NCBI GenBank assembly: GCA_963774745.1
Contig: CAVZGE010000011.1
Coordinates: forward strand, 44,766-76,765
Length of the DNA: 32,000 bases
Direction: 5' to 3'
Source of the DNA: an uncultured Actinomycetes bacterium
Lineage (GTDB): Bacteria > Actinomycetota > Actinomycetes > S36-B12 > CAIYMF01
In this document: positions 1-7,931 of the stretch, one piece after another
How the letters are laid out: each line of letters begins with the position of its first letter
Position numbering within the stretch: position 1 is the stretch's first letter
Program-made: the position numbers and the translations under genes
The notes under the pieces: model-generated
Database searches by the model: none
What the model was told of the DNA's origin: nothing
The model's input: only the letters and a program-made list of their open reading frames with translations

Positions 1-1113
1 CCTCGCCTTGGATGGCGTGCGGTAGACGAGGGTCACGCGCTTCGCGTTCGTCGTGACCGTGACCCGTACCTTGCCCGAGTCCAGCTGGTGGGTGGTACCG
101 GTCAGGGCGGCGGCCGGCCGACCGGCCACGGCGACCGGCACCCACGCGCTGCCCGCCAGGGCCGCGGTGGCCTGCGCCCGGACCTTGAGCGAGCGGGTGC
201 CGCGCGGCAGGTCGCGGGAAGCCACGCCCCTGCGGACCGTGAGGGTCAGGACTCGCTGCGTGCGCGCCGACGTCCGGTAGGCGACCGTGACCGTCCTGGC
301 ATTCGACGCGGCGGTGAACCGCACCCTGCCCGAGGCCAGCTTGAGCGCCGATGCAGCCAGCGTGGCCGTCGGCACGGTCGTCGTGGAGGCGGTCGTGGGT
401 GCTGCGGGCGCGGGCGCCGCTGCTGCGGGCGCGGGCGCTGGCGCGGCGGGCGCGGCCGGGGCGGGTGCCGACGGCGCCGGTGGGGCGGGGGCGGGCGGAA
501 CCGGCGCCGGTGGGGCGGGCGCCGGCGGGGCGGGCGTGGGCGCCGGGTTCGGCGGCGCGGGCCCGGCGAAGTCGATGGTCACGTCCGCGGGCCCCGTGCG
601 TCCCGAGGGCCCGCCCCACGTGCGGACCCATTCCTCGTCCAGGACGTGGGCCTCGATCGCGTACGGGCGCCCGTCGTCGGGCAGGGTGTAGGTGCGGGTC
701 CCGGGCAGGTCGTAGGCACCGTCGCGGGTCGTCATCCGGTTGACGACCGTCCAGGAGCCGGTCCAGGTGCCATCCAGGCGGGTGCCGCTGCTCGGCGCCA
801 TCGCCTCGTACAGCAGGATCTTGCCCTCACCGTTCTGCGGGGTCTGCTCGGTGAAGGACGGGTGGTAGAGCCACCATTCGACCTTCACGATGTTCCCCCG
901 ACCCGGCGTGACCTGCTGGGCGGTCGCCTGGAGCGCCACGCTGCCCGACAGCACGGCGCCCGAGGCAGGCTGGATCAGGCGCACGGCGTTGCACTGGGTG
1001 CCCCAGGGGCAGGGCGCCGCCTCGGCCCGACCGAGCGGGAGGAGCATGAACGCGGCAAGCAGGACTGCCAGGACAACAGGGATGGGCGTGCGCCAACCAC
1101 GATGCGCGTTCAT
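1..1113 (-). CDS. secreted repeat protein, partial (C-terminus lies beyond window start)
   Basis: Absent from the ORF track because it runs off the window edge. Manual minus-strand translation from ATG 1113..1111 is open for 371 codons down to position 1. It begins MNAHRGWRTPIPVVLAVLLAAFMLLPLGRAEA/APCPWG, i.e. a basic n-region, a hydrophobic core and an AxA-type cleavage site. A ~50-aa Pro/Ala linker (plus-strand ~400-560) follows, then two similar modules (SGRVRFTAASNARTVTVAYRTS / SGKVRVTVTTNAKRVTLVYRTP). Third-position GC is high. The + strand ORFs 88..1203, 287..691 and 351..743 are Arg/Gly-rich shadows of this gene. Confidence 0.7.
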   Translation of the reverse strand, partial: MNAHRGWRTPIPVVLAVLLAAFMLLPLGRAEAAPCPWGTQCNAVRLIQPASGAVLSGSVALQATAQQVTPGRGNIVKVEWWLYHPSFTEQTPQNGEGKILLYEAMAPSSGTRLDGTWTGSWTVVNRMTTRDGAYDLPGTRTYTLPDDGRPYAIEAHVLDEEWVRTWGGPSGRTGPADVTIDFAGPAPPNPAPTPAPPAPAPPAPVPPAPAPPAPSAPAPAAPAAPAPAPAAAAPAPAAPTTASTTTVPTATLAASALKLASGRVRFTAASNARTVTVAYRTSARTQRVLTLTVRRGVASRDLPRGTRSLKVRAQATAALAGSAWVPVAVAGRPAAALTGTTHQLDSGKVRVTVTTNAKRVTLVYRTPSKAR

Positions 1114-1210
1114 GCCCCCAACTACCCGGTGCCCCCGGTGGCATACCCCGCGCGCTCCGACGCGCGAGGCCGCAAGTCGGGTGTCGAGATCGCTGCGATG
1201 TAAAACACCC

Positions 1211-1239
1211 TTGACATGGCGTCAGCCGCGCTTTACATT
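1211..1239 (+). promoter_or_regulatory. sigma-70-type promoter for the membrane-protein/XRE operon
   Basis: TTGACA (1211-1216), a 17-nt spacer, then TACATT (1234-1239). It lies in a locally AT-richer gap about 50 nt upstream of ATG 1287. Confidence 0.5.
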
Positions 1240-1244
1240 GGTCG

Positions 1245-1262
1245 TGTCAAGAACTTTTGACA
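1245..1262. promoter_or_regulatory. palindromic operator candidate (likely site for the adjacent XRE regulator)
   Basis: Perfect inverted repeat TGTCAA-gaactt-TTGACA (1245-1250 / 1257-1262), located between the -10 box and the SD GGAAGGAG (1274-1281). The same TTGACA hexamer also forms the -35 box. Confidence 0.45.
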
Positions 1263-1286
1263 TCACTTCTGCGGAAGGAGCCCGAC

Positions 1287-1739
1287 ATGTCGTTCGAGGA
1301 GAAGACGACGTGGGTCAGCGTCGTGATCGGCGTCCTGGTGCCCGTCGTGTACTTCGCCACCGTGCTGCCCCAGCTCACCGACACCGCGGCGGCCGACATC
1401 GCCTACCAGAAGCCGCTGATCGTCGCCGTCATCGCATCGATCATCCTGACCATCCTGGGCACCATCGCCATGGCGATCGCCACCGCGGTGGGCGCCGAGA
1501 TCACCGGGACCGGGTCGGTCGATGACATCGACCGCAAGGACGAGCGCGACGTCAGCATCGGCCGGCGTGGTGACGTGGTCGGGTACTACGTGGCCTCCAC
1601 CGGGGCCGTGGCCGCGCTGATCCTGGCAATGGTCGAGAGCGACTACTTCTGGATCGCGAACACGCTCTACCTGTCGTTCGCGGTCGCCGGGCTGGTCGCG
1701 GGGATCGTGAAGCTGCGCGCCTACCGTCGGGGCTTCTGA
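1287..1739 (+). CDS. small integral membrane protein (4 predicted TM segments)
   Basis: ATG 1287 lies 5 nt after GGAAGGAG; the ORF-track TTG at 1257 is less likely. The 150-aa product has four hydrophobic stretches (VSVVIGVLVPVVYFATVL, LIVAVIASIILTILGTIAMAIATAV, VVGYYVASTGAVAALILAMV, LYLSFAVAGLVAGIV). Its stop overlaps the next start (TGATG, 1737-1741). Confidence 0.75.
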   Translation: MSFEEKTTWVSVVIGVLVPVVYFATVLPQLTDTAAADIAYQKPLIVAVIASIILTILGTIAMAIATAVGAEITGTGSVDDIDRKDERDVSIGRRGDVVGYYVASTGAVAALILAMVESDYFWIANTLYLSFAVAGLVAGIVKLRAYRRGF

Positions 1740-1963
1740 TGGTCCGGCCCACCCGCGTCACCAACCGGATCCGCGCCCTGCGGTTCGCCGGGGGCGAGAT
1801 GACCCAGGCCGACCTCGCCGACCGGGTCGGCGTGACCCGCCAGACCATCATCGCGATCGAGCAGGGCCGCTACTCCCCCTCGCTGGAGGTGGCGTTCCGG
1901 ATCGCCCACGCGCTCGGCGCCCCCCTCGACGAGGTCTTCGACTACCCCGAGGACGAGTCATGA
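1739..1963 (+). CDS. XRE (Cro/C1) family helix-turn-helix transcriptional regulator
   Basis: 74 aa. NRIRALR..MTQADLADRVGVTRQTIIAIEQGRYSPSLEVAFRIAHALG matches the canonical HTH_3 pattern. It is translationally coupled to the upstream membrane protein. Confidence 0.85.
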   Translation: MVRPTRVTNRIRALRFAGGEMTQADLADRVGVTRQTIIAIEQGRYSPSLEVAFRIAHALGAPLDEVFDYPEDES

Positions 1964-2024
1964 GCACATCGCCCACCCAGCGGCCGACGGCCGCGGACAC
2001 CCCGACCCCCGAGAGGAACCCCTC

Positions 2025-2766
2025 ATGAACGCCCACCCCCGTGTCCTGATCCTGGGCGCCACCGGCCGGACCGGCAGCCGCGCGCTCACCCAGCTGCTGG
2101 AGCGTGGCGTGCCCGTACGGGCGATCGTCCGCTCGGCCGACCGGCTGCCCGCGGGATCGGCCGACAACCCACTGCTCGACGTGGTCGAGGCCGACCTGCT
2201 CGAGCTGCCGCCCGAGGTGCTCACCGAGCACCTCGCCGACTGCGACACGGTCATCTCGTGCCTGGGTCACCCGATCAGCGTGCGCGGGGTGCTCGGGCCG
2301 CCGCACTTCCTGGTCACGCGAGCGCTGCGCCTGGTGCGCACCGCGGTCGACGCACGGCAACCGGCGGCTCCGGTGCGCCTGATCCTCATGAGCAGCGTGT
2401 CCGTGCACCGGCCCGGGTGACGCCGACGCACGCAGGGGTCGCGGCCAGCGCGCCTACCTCTGGGCGCTGGGTCGGATCGTGCCGCCCGTGCGCGACAACC
2501 AGGGGGCCGCGGACCTCCTGGCCCACGAGGTCGGCCCCGACGATCCACATGTGCAGTGGGTCGTCGTGCGGCCGGACACCCTGACCGACGGCGAGGTCGC
2601 CGAGTACCGCGTGCACGAGGCCCTCGTCTCCAGCATCTTCCGGCCGGACAGCACCCGGATGTCCGAGGTTGCCCACTTCATGTGCGAGCTGGCCACCGAC
2701 GACGCCACCTGGCAGCGCTGGCGCGGCCGGATGCCGGTGATCGTCGACGCCGTCCCGACCGCCTGA
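2025..2766 (+). pseudogene. NAD(P)-binding (NmrA/SDR-like) protein split by a frameshift
   Basis: ORF 2025..2420 carries the Rossmann motif VLILGATGRTGSRAL and ends ..SVSVHRPG*. The rest of the protein continues in another frame that is open from ~2401 (..GDADARRGRGQRAYLWALGRIVPPVRDNQGAADLLAHEV.., ORF 2479..2766). The frames meet at CCCGGGTGAC (2411-2420), a C3G3 run, which fits a 1-nt indel. Confidence 0.65.
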
Positions 2767-2870
2767 TCCCTCCGGGCAACGAGTCGATGGGGCATGATCC
2801 ACAGGGACCGGGTCGTCGCGGCCGGCAGGTGCCGGGACAGCCGCTCGCGCCCACGACCCGAGGAGTACCG

Positions 2871-4109
2871 ATGACCTCCACATCCGAGGACCTGGCCGGC
2901 GTCTACCGGGACCTGCACGCGCACCCGGAGCTGGGGTTCGCCGAGCACCGGACGGCCGGGATCGTGGCCGAGCGGTTGTCCCGGTTCGGGTTCGAGGTGT
3001 CCACCGGGGTGGGTCGCACCGGGGTGGTGGGGATCCTGCGCAACGGCGCCGGGCCCACCGCACTGCTGCGCGCGGACATGGACGGCCTGCCCGTGGCCGA
3101 GGCCACTGGCCTGCCCTACGCCAGCACCGACCTGGCCCCCGGCGAGGCCGGGGAGGTCCCGGTGATGCACGCCTGCGGCCATGACATGCACGTCACCGCC
3201 CTGCTCGGTGCCGCCGAGCGGCTGGCCGGCGACACCGGGGCGTGGGCCGGCACCCTGATGGTGGTGTTCCAACCGGCCGAGGAGCTCGGGGCGGGGGCCC
3301 AGGCGATGCTCGACGACGGCCTGTACGAACGCTTCGGGCGCCCCGACGTGGTCCTCGGCCAGCACGTGGCCCCGATCCCGGCCGGGGTGATCGGGCTGCG
3401 CTCCGGGCCGGCGTTCGCCGCCGCCGACTCGCTGCGCATCGTGCTGCATGGCCGCGGGGCGCACGGGTCGCGCCCGGAGGCGTCGGTCGACCCGGTGGTC
3501 ATGGCTGCCGCCACCGTCATGCGCCTGCAGGCGGTGGTCTCCCGTGAGGTCGCCGGCAGCGAGACCGCGGTGCTCACCGTCGGGGTGATGCGGGCCGGGA
3601 CCGCGGTGAACATCATCCCCGACCACGCCGAGCTGCTGGTCAACGTCCGCACGTTCAGCACGGATGTCCGCGACCGGGTCGTGGCGGCGATCGGCCGGGT
3701 CGCCCGCGCCGAGGCCGCCGCATCCGGCGCCCCGAGGCCCCCCGACGTGGAGGTCACCTCGTCGTTCCCCGCCGTCTCCAACGACCCGGCCGCCGTCGAC
3801 CGGACCCGCCCAGCCCTGCAGGCCATCGGAGCCGTGGTGGTCGACCCGGGGCCGGTGACCGGCAGCGAGGACGTGGGGCTGCTGGCGATCGCCGCCGGGG
3901 TACCGTGCGTCTACTGGCTGCTCGGCGGGGCGGATCCCGCACTGTTCGAGGGGGCGGCGGACGTCGCGGAGATCGCGGTGCGCGCCGCGGCACTGCCCTC
4001 GAACCACTCCCCGCTGTTCGCACCGGTCATCGAACCCACGCTCACCCTCGGCGTCAACGCCCTGGTGGCCGCAGCCCACACCTGGCTGCCGCGCGCCGGA
4101 GGCCAGTGA
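2871..4109 (+). CDS. M20-family amidohydrolase (hippurate hydrolase / aminoacylase-like)
   Basis: ATG 2871 with AGGAG at 2861-2865; 412 aa. Family motifs seen: HAHPELGFAE, MHACGHDMH, FQPAEE, HGRGAHGS. The part of track ORF 2556..4109 upstream of 2871 is Arg-rich non-coding read-through. Confidence 0.85.
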   Translation: MTSTSEDLAGVYRDLHAHPELGFAEHRTAGIVAERLSRFGFEVSTGVGRTGVVGILRNGAGPTALLRADMDGLPVAEATGLPYASTDLAPGEAGEVPVMHACGHDMHVTALLGAAERLAGDTGAWAGTLMVVFQPAEELGAGAQAMLDDGLYERFGRPDVVLGQHVAPIPAGVIGLRSGPAFAAADSLRIVLHGRGAHGSRPEASVDPVVMAAATVMRLQAVVSREVAGSETAVLTVGVMRAGTAVNIIPDHAELLVNVRTFSTDVRDRVVAAIGRVARAEAAASGAPRPPDVEVTSSFPAVSNDPAAVDRTRPALQAIGAVVVDPGPVTGSEDVGLLAIAAGVPCVYWLLGGADPALFEGAADVAEIAVRAAALPSNHSPLFAPVIEPTLTLGVNALVAAAHTWLPRAGGQ

Positions 4110-4144
4110 TCTGACACCCCTGCACCCCCCGTTCTCCGGGCGGG

Positions 4145-4936
4145 TCAGGACAGGCGCACCAGGTCGCGCACGTCATCGTCGGGGAGCACGTCGGCCACTG
4201 CGGAGACCTCGAGCTCCAGCAGGTCGACGACGCCGCCGTAGGCGCTGAGGAACGCGGTGTCCGACGCGTCGCGCCCTGTCGCCACCCGCAGCAGCGTCCC
4301 CCGCGGAGCCAGCGTGGTCGCGTCCACGACGTACCAGTCCCCGTCGATGTGGGCCTCGGCCACCGCGTGGAAGTCCATCGGGTCCAGACCGGGGGCGTAC
4401 ACGCTGACCACGCGCGCTGGTACGTGCAGCGCGCGGAGCAGGGCGACGACCAGGTGCGCGTAGTCCCGGCACACGCCCTGGCGGGCAAGGAGGGTCCGCA
4501 CGGCCCCGTCGGTCGGCAGGCTCGAGCCGGGGACGTAGGTCAGTCGCGTCCCGACCCACGAGCTGACCGCGGCCAGCAGGTCGGCACCGGCGAGCCCGGA
4601 GAACTCCGCGCGGGCCGTCGGGGCCAGCGAGTCGGACTCGCAGTACCGGCTCGGGCGCAGGTACCGCAGCAGGTCGGCCTCCGTCGTGACCGGCTCGGCG
4701 CCGGCACCCGTCACCTGCGCCGAGAAGTCCAGGGACATGATCCCGGGCATGGCCTCGACGACGTGGATCCGGGTGCCGTGCTCCGCCGCCACCGAGCGCA
4801 CGTCGAGGGGGCTACCCGCGAGGCGCACCTCGAGCGACTCGGTCCCGACGTGGCCCTCGGCCGGGGTCACCTGGAAGGCGACCCGAGCGGACTCGACGAT
4901 CTCGACGACGATCCGAGCTGATGCGATGCGGTGCAT
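4145..4936 (-). CDS. transglutaminase-like family protein
   Basis: 263 aa from ATG 4936. It has the Cys-His-Asp core context QGVCRDYAHLVVALL ... FHAVAEAH ... VVDAT. The longer track ORF (to 5257) has an Arg/Pro/Gly-rich N-terminus that overlaps the next gene. Confidence 0.75.
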   Translation of the reverse strand: MHRIASARIVVEIVESARVAFQVTPAEGHVGTESLEVRLAGSPLDVRSVAAEHGTRIHVVEAMPGIMSLDFSAQVTGAGAEPVTTEADLLRYLRPSRYCESDSLAPTARAEFSGLAGADLLAAVSSWVGTRLTYVPGSSLPTDGAVRTLLARQGVCRDYAHLVVALLRALHVPARVVSVYAPGLDPMDFHAVAEAHIDGDWYVVDATTLAPRGTLLRVATGRDASDTAFLSAYGGVVDLLELEVSAVADVLPDDDVRDLVRLS

Positions 4937-4995
4937 GCCCTGATTCTGCTGCCCCGCCACGACATGCGGTGGTCGTCGCAGCACGGACGGTGGCC

Positions 4996-5238
4996 CTAGG
5001 TCGCCCAGGAACCGACGGGCAGGATCGGATCGCGGACCCAGGCGAACTCGAGGGGGCCGTCCGGTTCCCTGCGCTCGGAGACCACCTGCCAGGTCTCCCC
5101 GCAGTCCGCGCACTGCCAGATCATCGCCAGGTCCGGGAGGTGGAGGTACCCCGGGACCGAGCAGCGGTGCTCCGCGGAGTCCGGTGCGGTCATCCCCGCC
5201 CCCGGGCGGGTCCGCTCCGCGTTCGAGATCGTGTCCAT
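4996..5238 (-). CDS. small hypothetical protein (Cys-containing, possible zinc-ribbon-like)
   Basis: 80 aa with strong third-position GC bias. Sequence is non-repetitive (..HRCSVPGYLHLPDLAMIWQCADCGETWQVV..). An alternative start at Met16 (5193) is preceded by GGGGCGGGG. No family recognised. Confidence 0.45.
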   Translation of the reverse strand: MDTISNAERTRPGAGMTAPDSAEHRCSVPGYLHLPDLAMIWQCADCGETWQVVSERREPDGPLEFAWVRDPILPVGSWAT

Positions 5239-5311
5239 GACCCGACGCTAGGGGCACCAGGTTGGTGCTGCGTTACGCGCAATCGCCTGCTGTGTAACGG
5301 AATCGGGCGGG

Positions 5312-6175
5312 TCAGTCGTTGCCGGGCGGGCGGACACCAAGGGTGTAGCGCACCTGTTGGTGCATCACGAAGCCACCGGCGGGGTGGGCGGCGGGGGCCA
5401 GCCGGCGTTCCGCCTCGGCCTGCACTGCAGGGCGCTCCGATTCGGGCACGGCCCGCCACATCGCCAGCTGCCCGGTCGAGAGGCTGAAGGCCCGCCAGTG
5501 GTCAGCGTCCGCGAAGTGCACCGCCAGGTCGGTCACGAGGGTGCGCACGTGGGTGAACCCGGCCTCGGCCACCAGTTCCGCCATCCCGGTGTCGGACGCG
5601 AACGGCCCACGCGCCCCGCTCGTGCGGGCGTCAAGCATGGCCGGCGGCAGGTAGGGGGTGAACACGTCGTCGACGTCCCGCCACACCTCGTCCTGCGAAC
5701 CGAACGTGCTCACCCCGAGCCGGCCACCGGCGGCCAGGGCCGACCGCCAGGCCGCGAGCGCCGCGCGGGGGTCGGGCAGGAAGAACAGCACGAGGGACGA
5801 GCCCAGGACGTCGAAGGCTCCTGGGGGCAGGTCAGGGGATTGCGCGTCACCCACCGACAGCTCGACGTGGGCCATGCCCTCCGAGGCGACGGCATCCTCG
5901 ACGGCCGCGATCATCGCCGGCGACGCATCCAGCCCCACCGCCCGGCCCCGAGCGCCGACGGCCCGGGCCGCGGGCAGCAGGAAGGCCCCCTTGCCGCACC
6001 CGAGATCGGCAACCCGCTCACCCGGTGCGGGCGCCAGCGCGTCCAGCAGGCCCAGGGCGATCGGCGCGAAGAACTCCACCCCGACCGCGTCATAGCTGTC
6101 GGCAAGGTCATCGAACAGCCGCGCATTGCGGACCATCGGGTCGACGCGCGCTGCCGGGAGCTCGGACTGGGTCAT
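5312..6175 (-). CDS. class I SAM-dependent methyltransferase
   Basis: Motif I VADLGCGKGAFLL and post-I GLDASPAMI are present. Start taken as ATG 6175; alternatives are TTG 6211 and ATG 6136. Confidence 0.8.
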   Translation of the reverse strand: MTQSELPAARVDPMVRNARLFDDLADSYDAVGVEFFAPIALGLLDALAPAPGERVADLGCGKGAFLLPAARAVGARGRAVGLDASPAMIAAVEDAVASEGMAHVELSVGDAQSPDLPPGAFDVLGSSLVLFFLPDPRAALAAWRSALAAGGRLGVSTFGSQDEVWRDVDDVFTPYLPPAMLDARTSGARGPFASDTGMAELVAEAGFTHVRTLVTDLAVHFADADHWRAFSLSTGQLAMWRAVPESERPAVQAEAERRLAPAAHPAGGFVMHQQVRYTLGVRPPGND

Positions 6176-6236
6176 CGCCCATTGTGGACTGCACCACGGT
6201 CGGCCCGTCAAGGTCGACGCTCTCGCTGCCCCCCGG

Positions 6237-6815
6237 TCATCCGGTCGTGAGGTCGCGGCGGTGGAAGGTCACGAGGCCGGCGAGGGCCAGGACGGCGCCG
6301 ATCGCGGTCATGGCGCAGCCCGAGGTCGCGGCCCAGGGTTCGGCCGGGACCATGGCGAGGTGGGTGAACGGCGACAGGTCCAGGGCCCACCGCGGCCAGT
6401 CCAGGGCCGGGCCCACCATCGACAGCACGAGGCTGACCACGGTCAGCGCCACGGGCAGCGCGACGGTGAGCCGGGGGGCCAGGCCGAAGGTCGCGATCGC
6501 CAGGCCGGCGGTGAGCACGACGACGGGCAGCAGGTTCAGGGTCGAGCGGATCGCGTCCCACCAGCTGATCTCCGCCGCGCCGGCCGCGGCCGCACCCGCC
6601 CAGAGGGCCGCGCCCCCCACCAGGATGAGCAGGAGCCCGCCGAGCAGCGACAGCAGGGCGTGCCCGCCGAGCCAGCGCAGCCGGGTGACGGGCCGGGCGA
6701 GGATCGCCTCGAGCCGGCCGGACTCCTCCTCGGCCCGCGTGGCCCCGAAGCGCCAGGCGACCTGGAGTGCGCACGACGGCGGGTCTCGACGGCATCCGCG
6801 CCCGCACCTTCCACG
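6237..6815 (-). pseudogene. C-terminal remnant of an ABC-2 type transporter permease (5'-truncated)
   Basis: The frame of ORF 6237..6620 stays open upstream to an in-frame TAG at 6816-6818. It reads ..WRFGATRAEEESGRLEAILARPVTRLRWLGGHALLSLLGG.. followed by TM segments. No ATG, GTG or TTG start occurs before 6620, and no N-terminal half or ATPase partner is present. Confidence 0.55.
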
Positions 6816-6819
6816 CTAG

Positions 6820-6839
6820 CCGGGCGCTGCTGCGCCCGG
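6820..6839 (-). terminator. GC-rich hairpin downstream of the RTX-like gene
   Basis: CCGGGCGC-tgct-GCGCCCGG: a perfect 8-bp stem with a 4-nt loop, 75 nt past the stop at 6914. There is no U-tract. Confidence 0.35.
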
Positions 6840-6913
6840 AAGGGCCCGAGGTCCCGCGGATCGCCCGCCGAGCTGGGCGTCCGCAGGTGCGCCGCGCCCG
6901 CCCCGACGCGTCG

Positions 6914-7771
6914 TCACAGGGTGGGCGACGTGCCCTGCTCGCCACCCGCGGACTGGTCGTCGTCGGACTGGTCGTCGTCGGACTCGTCGCCCGCGGACTC
7001 GTCGTCGTCGGGGTCGTCGAGGTCGTTGTCGTGGTCGTCGTGGCGGTCGGAGAGGTCCTTGCTGTCTGGCCCGTGGTGGCCCTTCGTCGAGTCCTCTGCG
7101 TCGTGGTCGCGCTCGACCTGGTCCTCGGAGTCCACGTCGTCGTCACCCCGGTCGCCGTAGCAGCTGTCGTCGTCGTCCTCACCGTCGACCTCATCGTCGC
7201 CGGCCCCGCCGCGAAGGTAGTCCGAGCCGGGGCCGCCGAGCAGCGCGTCGTCACCCCGATCGCCGTAGGCACGGTCGTCGCCGCCGTCGCCATCGATCTC
7301 GTCCTGGCCGCGACCCCCCCAGATCCGGTCGTCGTCGTCGCCGCCGATCAGGTCGTCGTCGCCGGAGTCGCCGTACTCGCGGTCGTCGCCGGCACCACCG
7401 TTGAGGTCGTCGTCCCCCACCCCGCCGTGCAGCCGATCACGGCCGCCCAGACCGAAGACCGTGTCCCGACCCGCGCCTGCGTAGACGATGTCGACCCCGT
7501 CGGTCCCGCAGACCAGGTCGTCCCCGCCGCGGGCATGCACCGTGTGCCGACCACTGCCCAGCACGACGATCACGTCGTTGCCCTTCGTCCCGCGGATGTG
7601 GCGAGCCGGGGACGCGATCGTCGCCGACTGGCCGGCGCAGGTGTACTGCCCCGGCGGGTCGGCCGGACCCTCGCCCGCTCCGGGGGACGCGGCCGCTGCC
7701 AGCGGGACCGCACCCAGCCCAGCCAGTCCCAGGACGCACGCGGTGGCCATGGTGCGGCGGATGATCGACAT
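6914..7771 (-). CDS. secreted calcium-binding RTX-like repeat protein with poly-acidic C-terminal tail
   Basis: ATG 7771 with GGAGG 4 nt upstream. Signal peptide MSIIRRTMATACVLGLAGLGAVPLAAAA. A run of Gly/Asp nonapeptide-like repeats follows (GGDDLVCG, GAGRDTVFG, GGRDRLHG, GVGDDDLNG, GAGDDREYG, GGRGQDEIDG, GPGSDYLRG, GAGDDEVDG). The last ~90 aa are dominated by Asp/Glu/Ser. Confidence 0.8.
   Translation of the reverse strand: MSIIRRTMATACVLGLAGLGAVPLAAAASPGAGEGPADPPGQYTCAGQSATIASPARHIRGTKGNDVIVVLGSGRHTVHARGGDDLVCGTDGVDIVYAGAGRDTVFGLGGRDRLHGGVGDDDLNGGAGDDREYGDSGDDDLIGGDDDDRIWGGRGQDEIDGDGGDDRAYGDRGDDALLGGPGSDYLRGGAGDDEVDGEDDDDSCYGDRGDDDVDSEDQVERDHDAEDSTKGHHGPDSKDLSDRHDDHDNDLDDPDDDESAGDESDDDQSDDDQSAGGEQGTSPTL
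6951..7010. repeat. 15-bp in-frame tandem repeat (4 units, 2 perfect) in the acidic tail
   Basis: gactggtcgtcgtcg occurs twice (6951-6965, 6966-6980), followed by two degenerate units. On the minus strand it encodes ..DDDQSDDDQS... Confidence 0.8.
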
Positions 7772-7931
7772 GCGGCCTCCTGGACGGTGATGTGCACGGT
7801 GCATCGGGTGCCCAGTGACCCGGGCGGAGACGTTTCACCTGACCGGACCACCCCGGCCAGGTCACGGCCCACGGTGCGCAGGTGCTCCGACGCTCCTCGA
7901 CACCGACCTGCGCCGGGGCGCACGGGGTCGT

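Noticed and set aside
88-1203. 371-aa + strand ORF, plus nested ORFs 287..691, 351..743 and 890..1525
   Set aside because: The translations are Arg/Gly/Pro-rich low-complexity sequence, typical of off-frame or antisense reading of high-GC coding DNA. The minus strand encodes a coherent signal-peptide protein across the same region.
2454-4079. 541-aa minus-strand ORF antisense to the M20 amidohydrolase
   Set aside because: It has Arg/Gly/His-rich composition and no motifs. The + strand frame carries clear M20 motifs and a proper SD/ATG.
5239-5311. Short inverted repeats (GCACCaggttGGTGC; GTTAC-N17-GTAAC) between the small ORF and the methyltransferase gene, considered as a terminator or operator
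   Set aside because: The arms are only 5 bp, which is expected by chance at this length. No supporting context was found.
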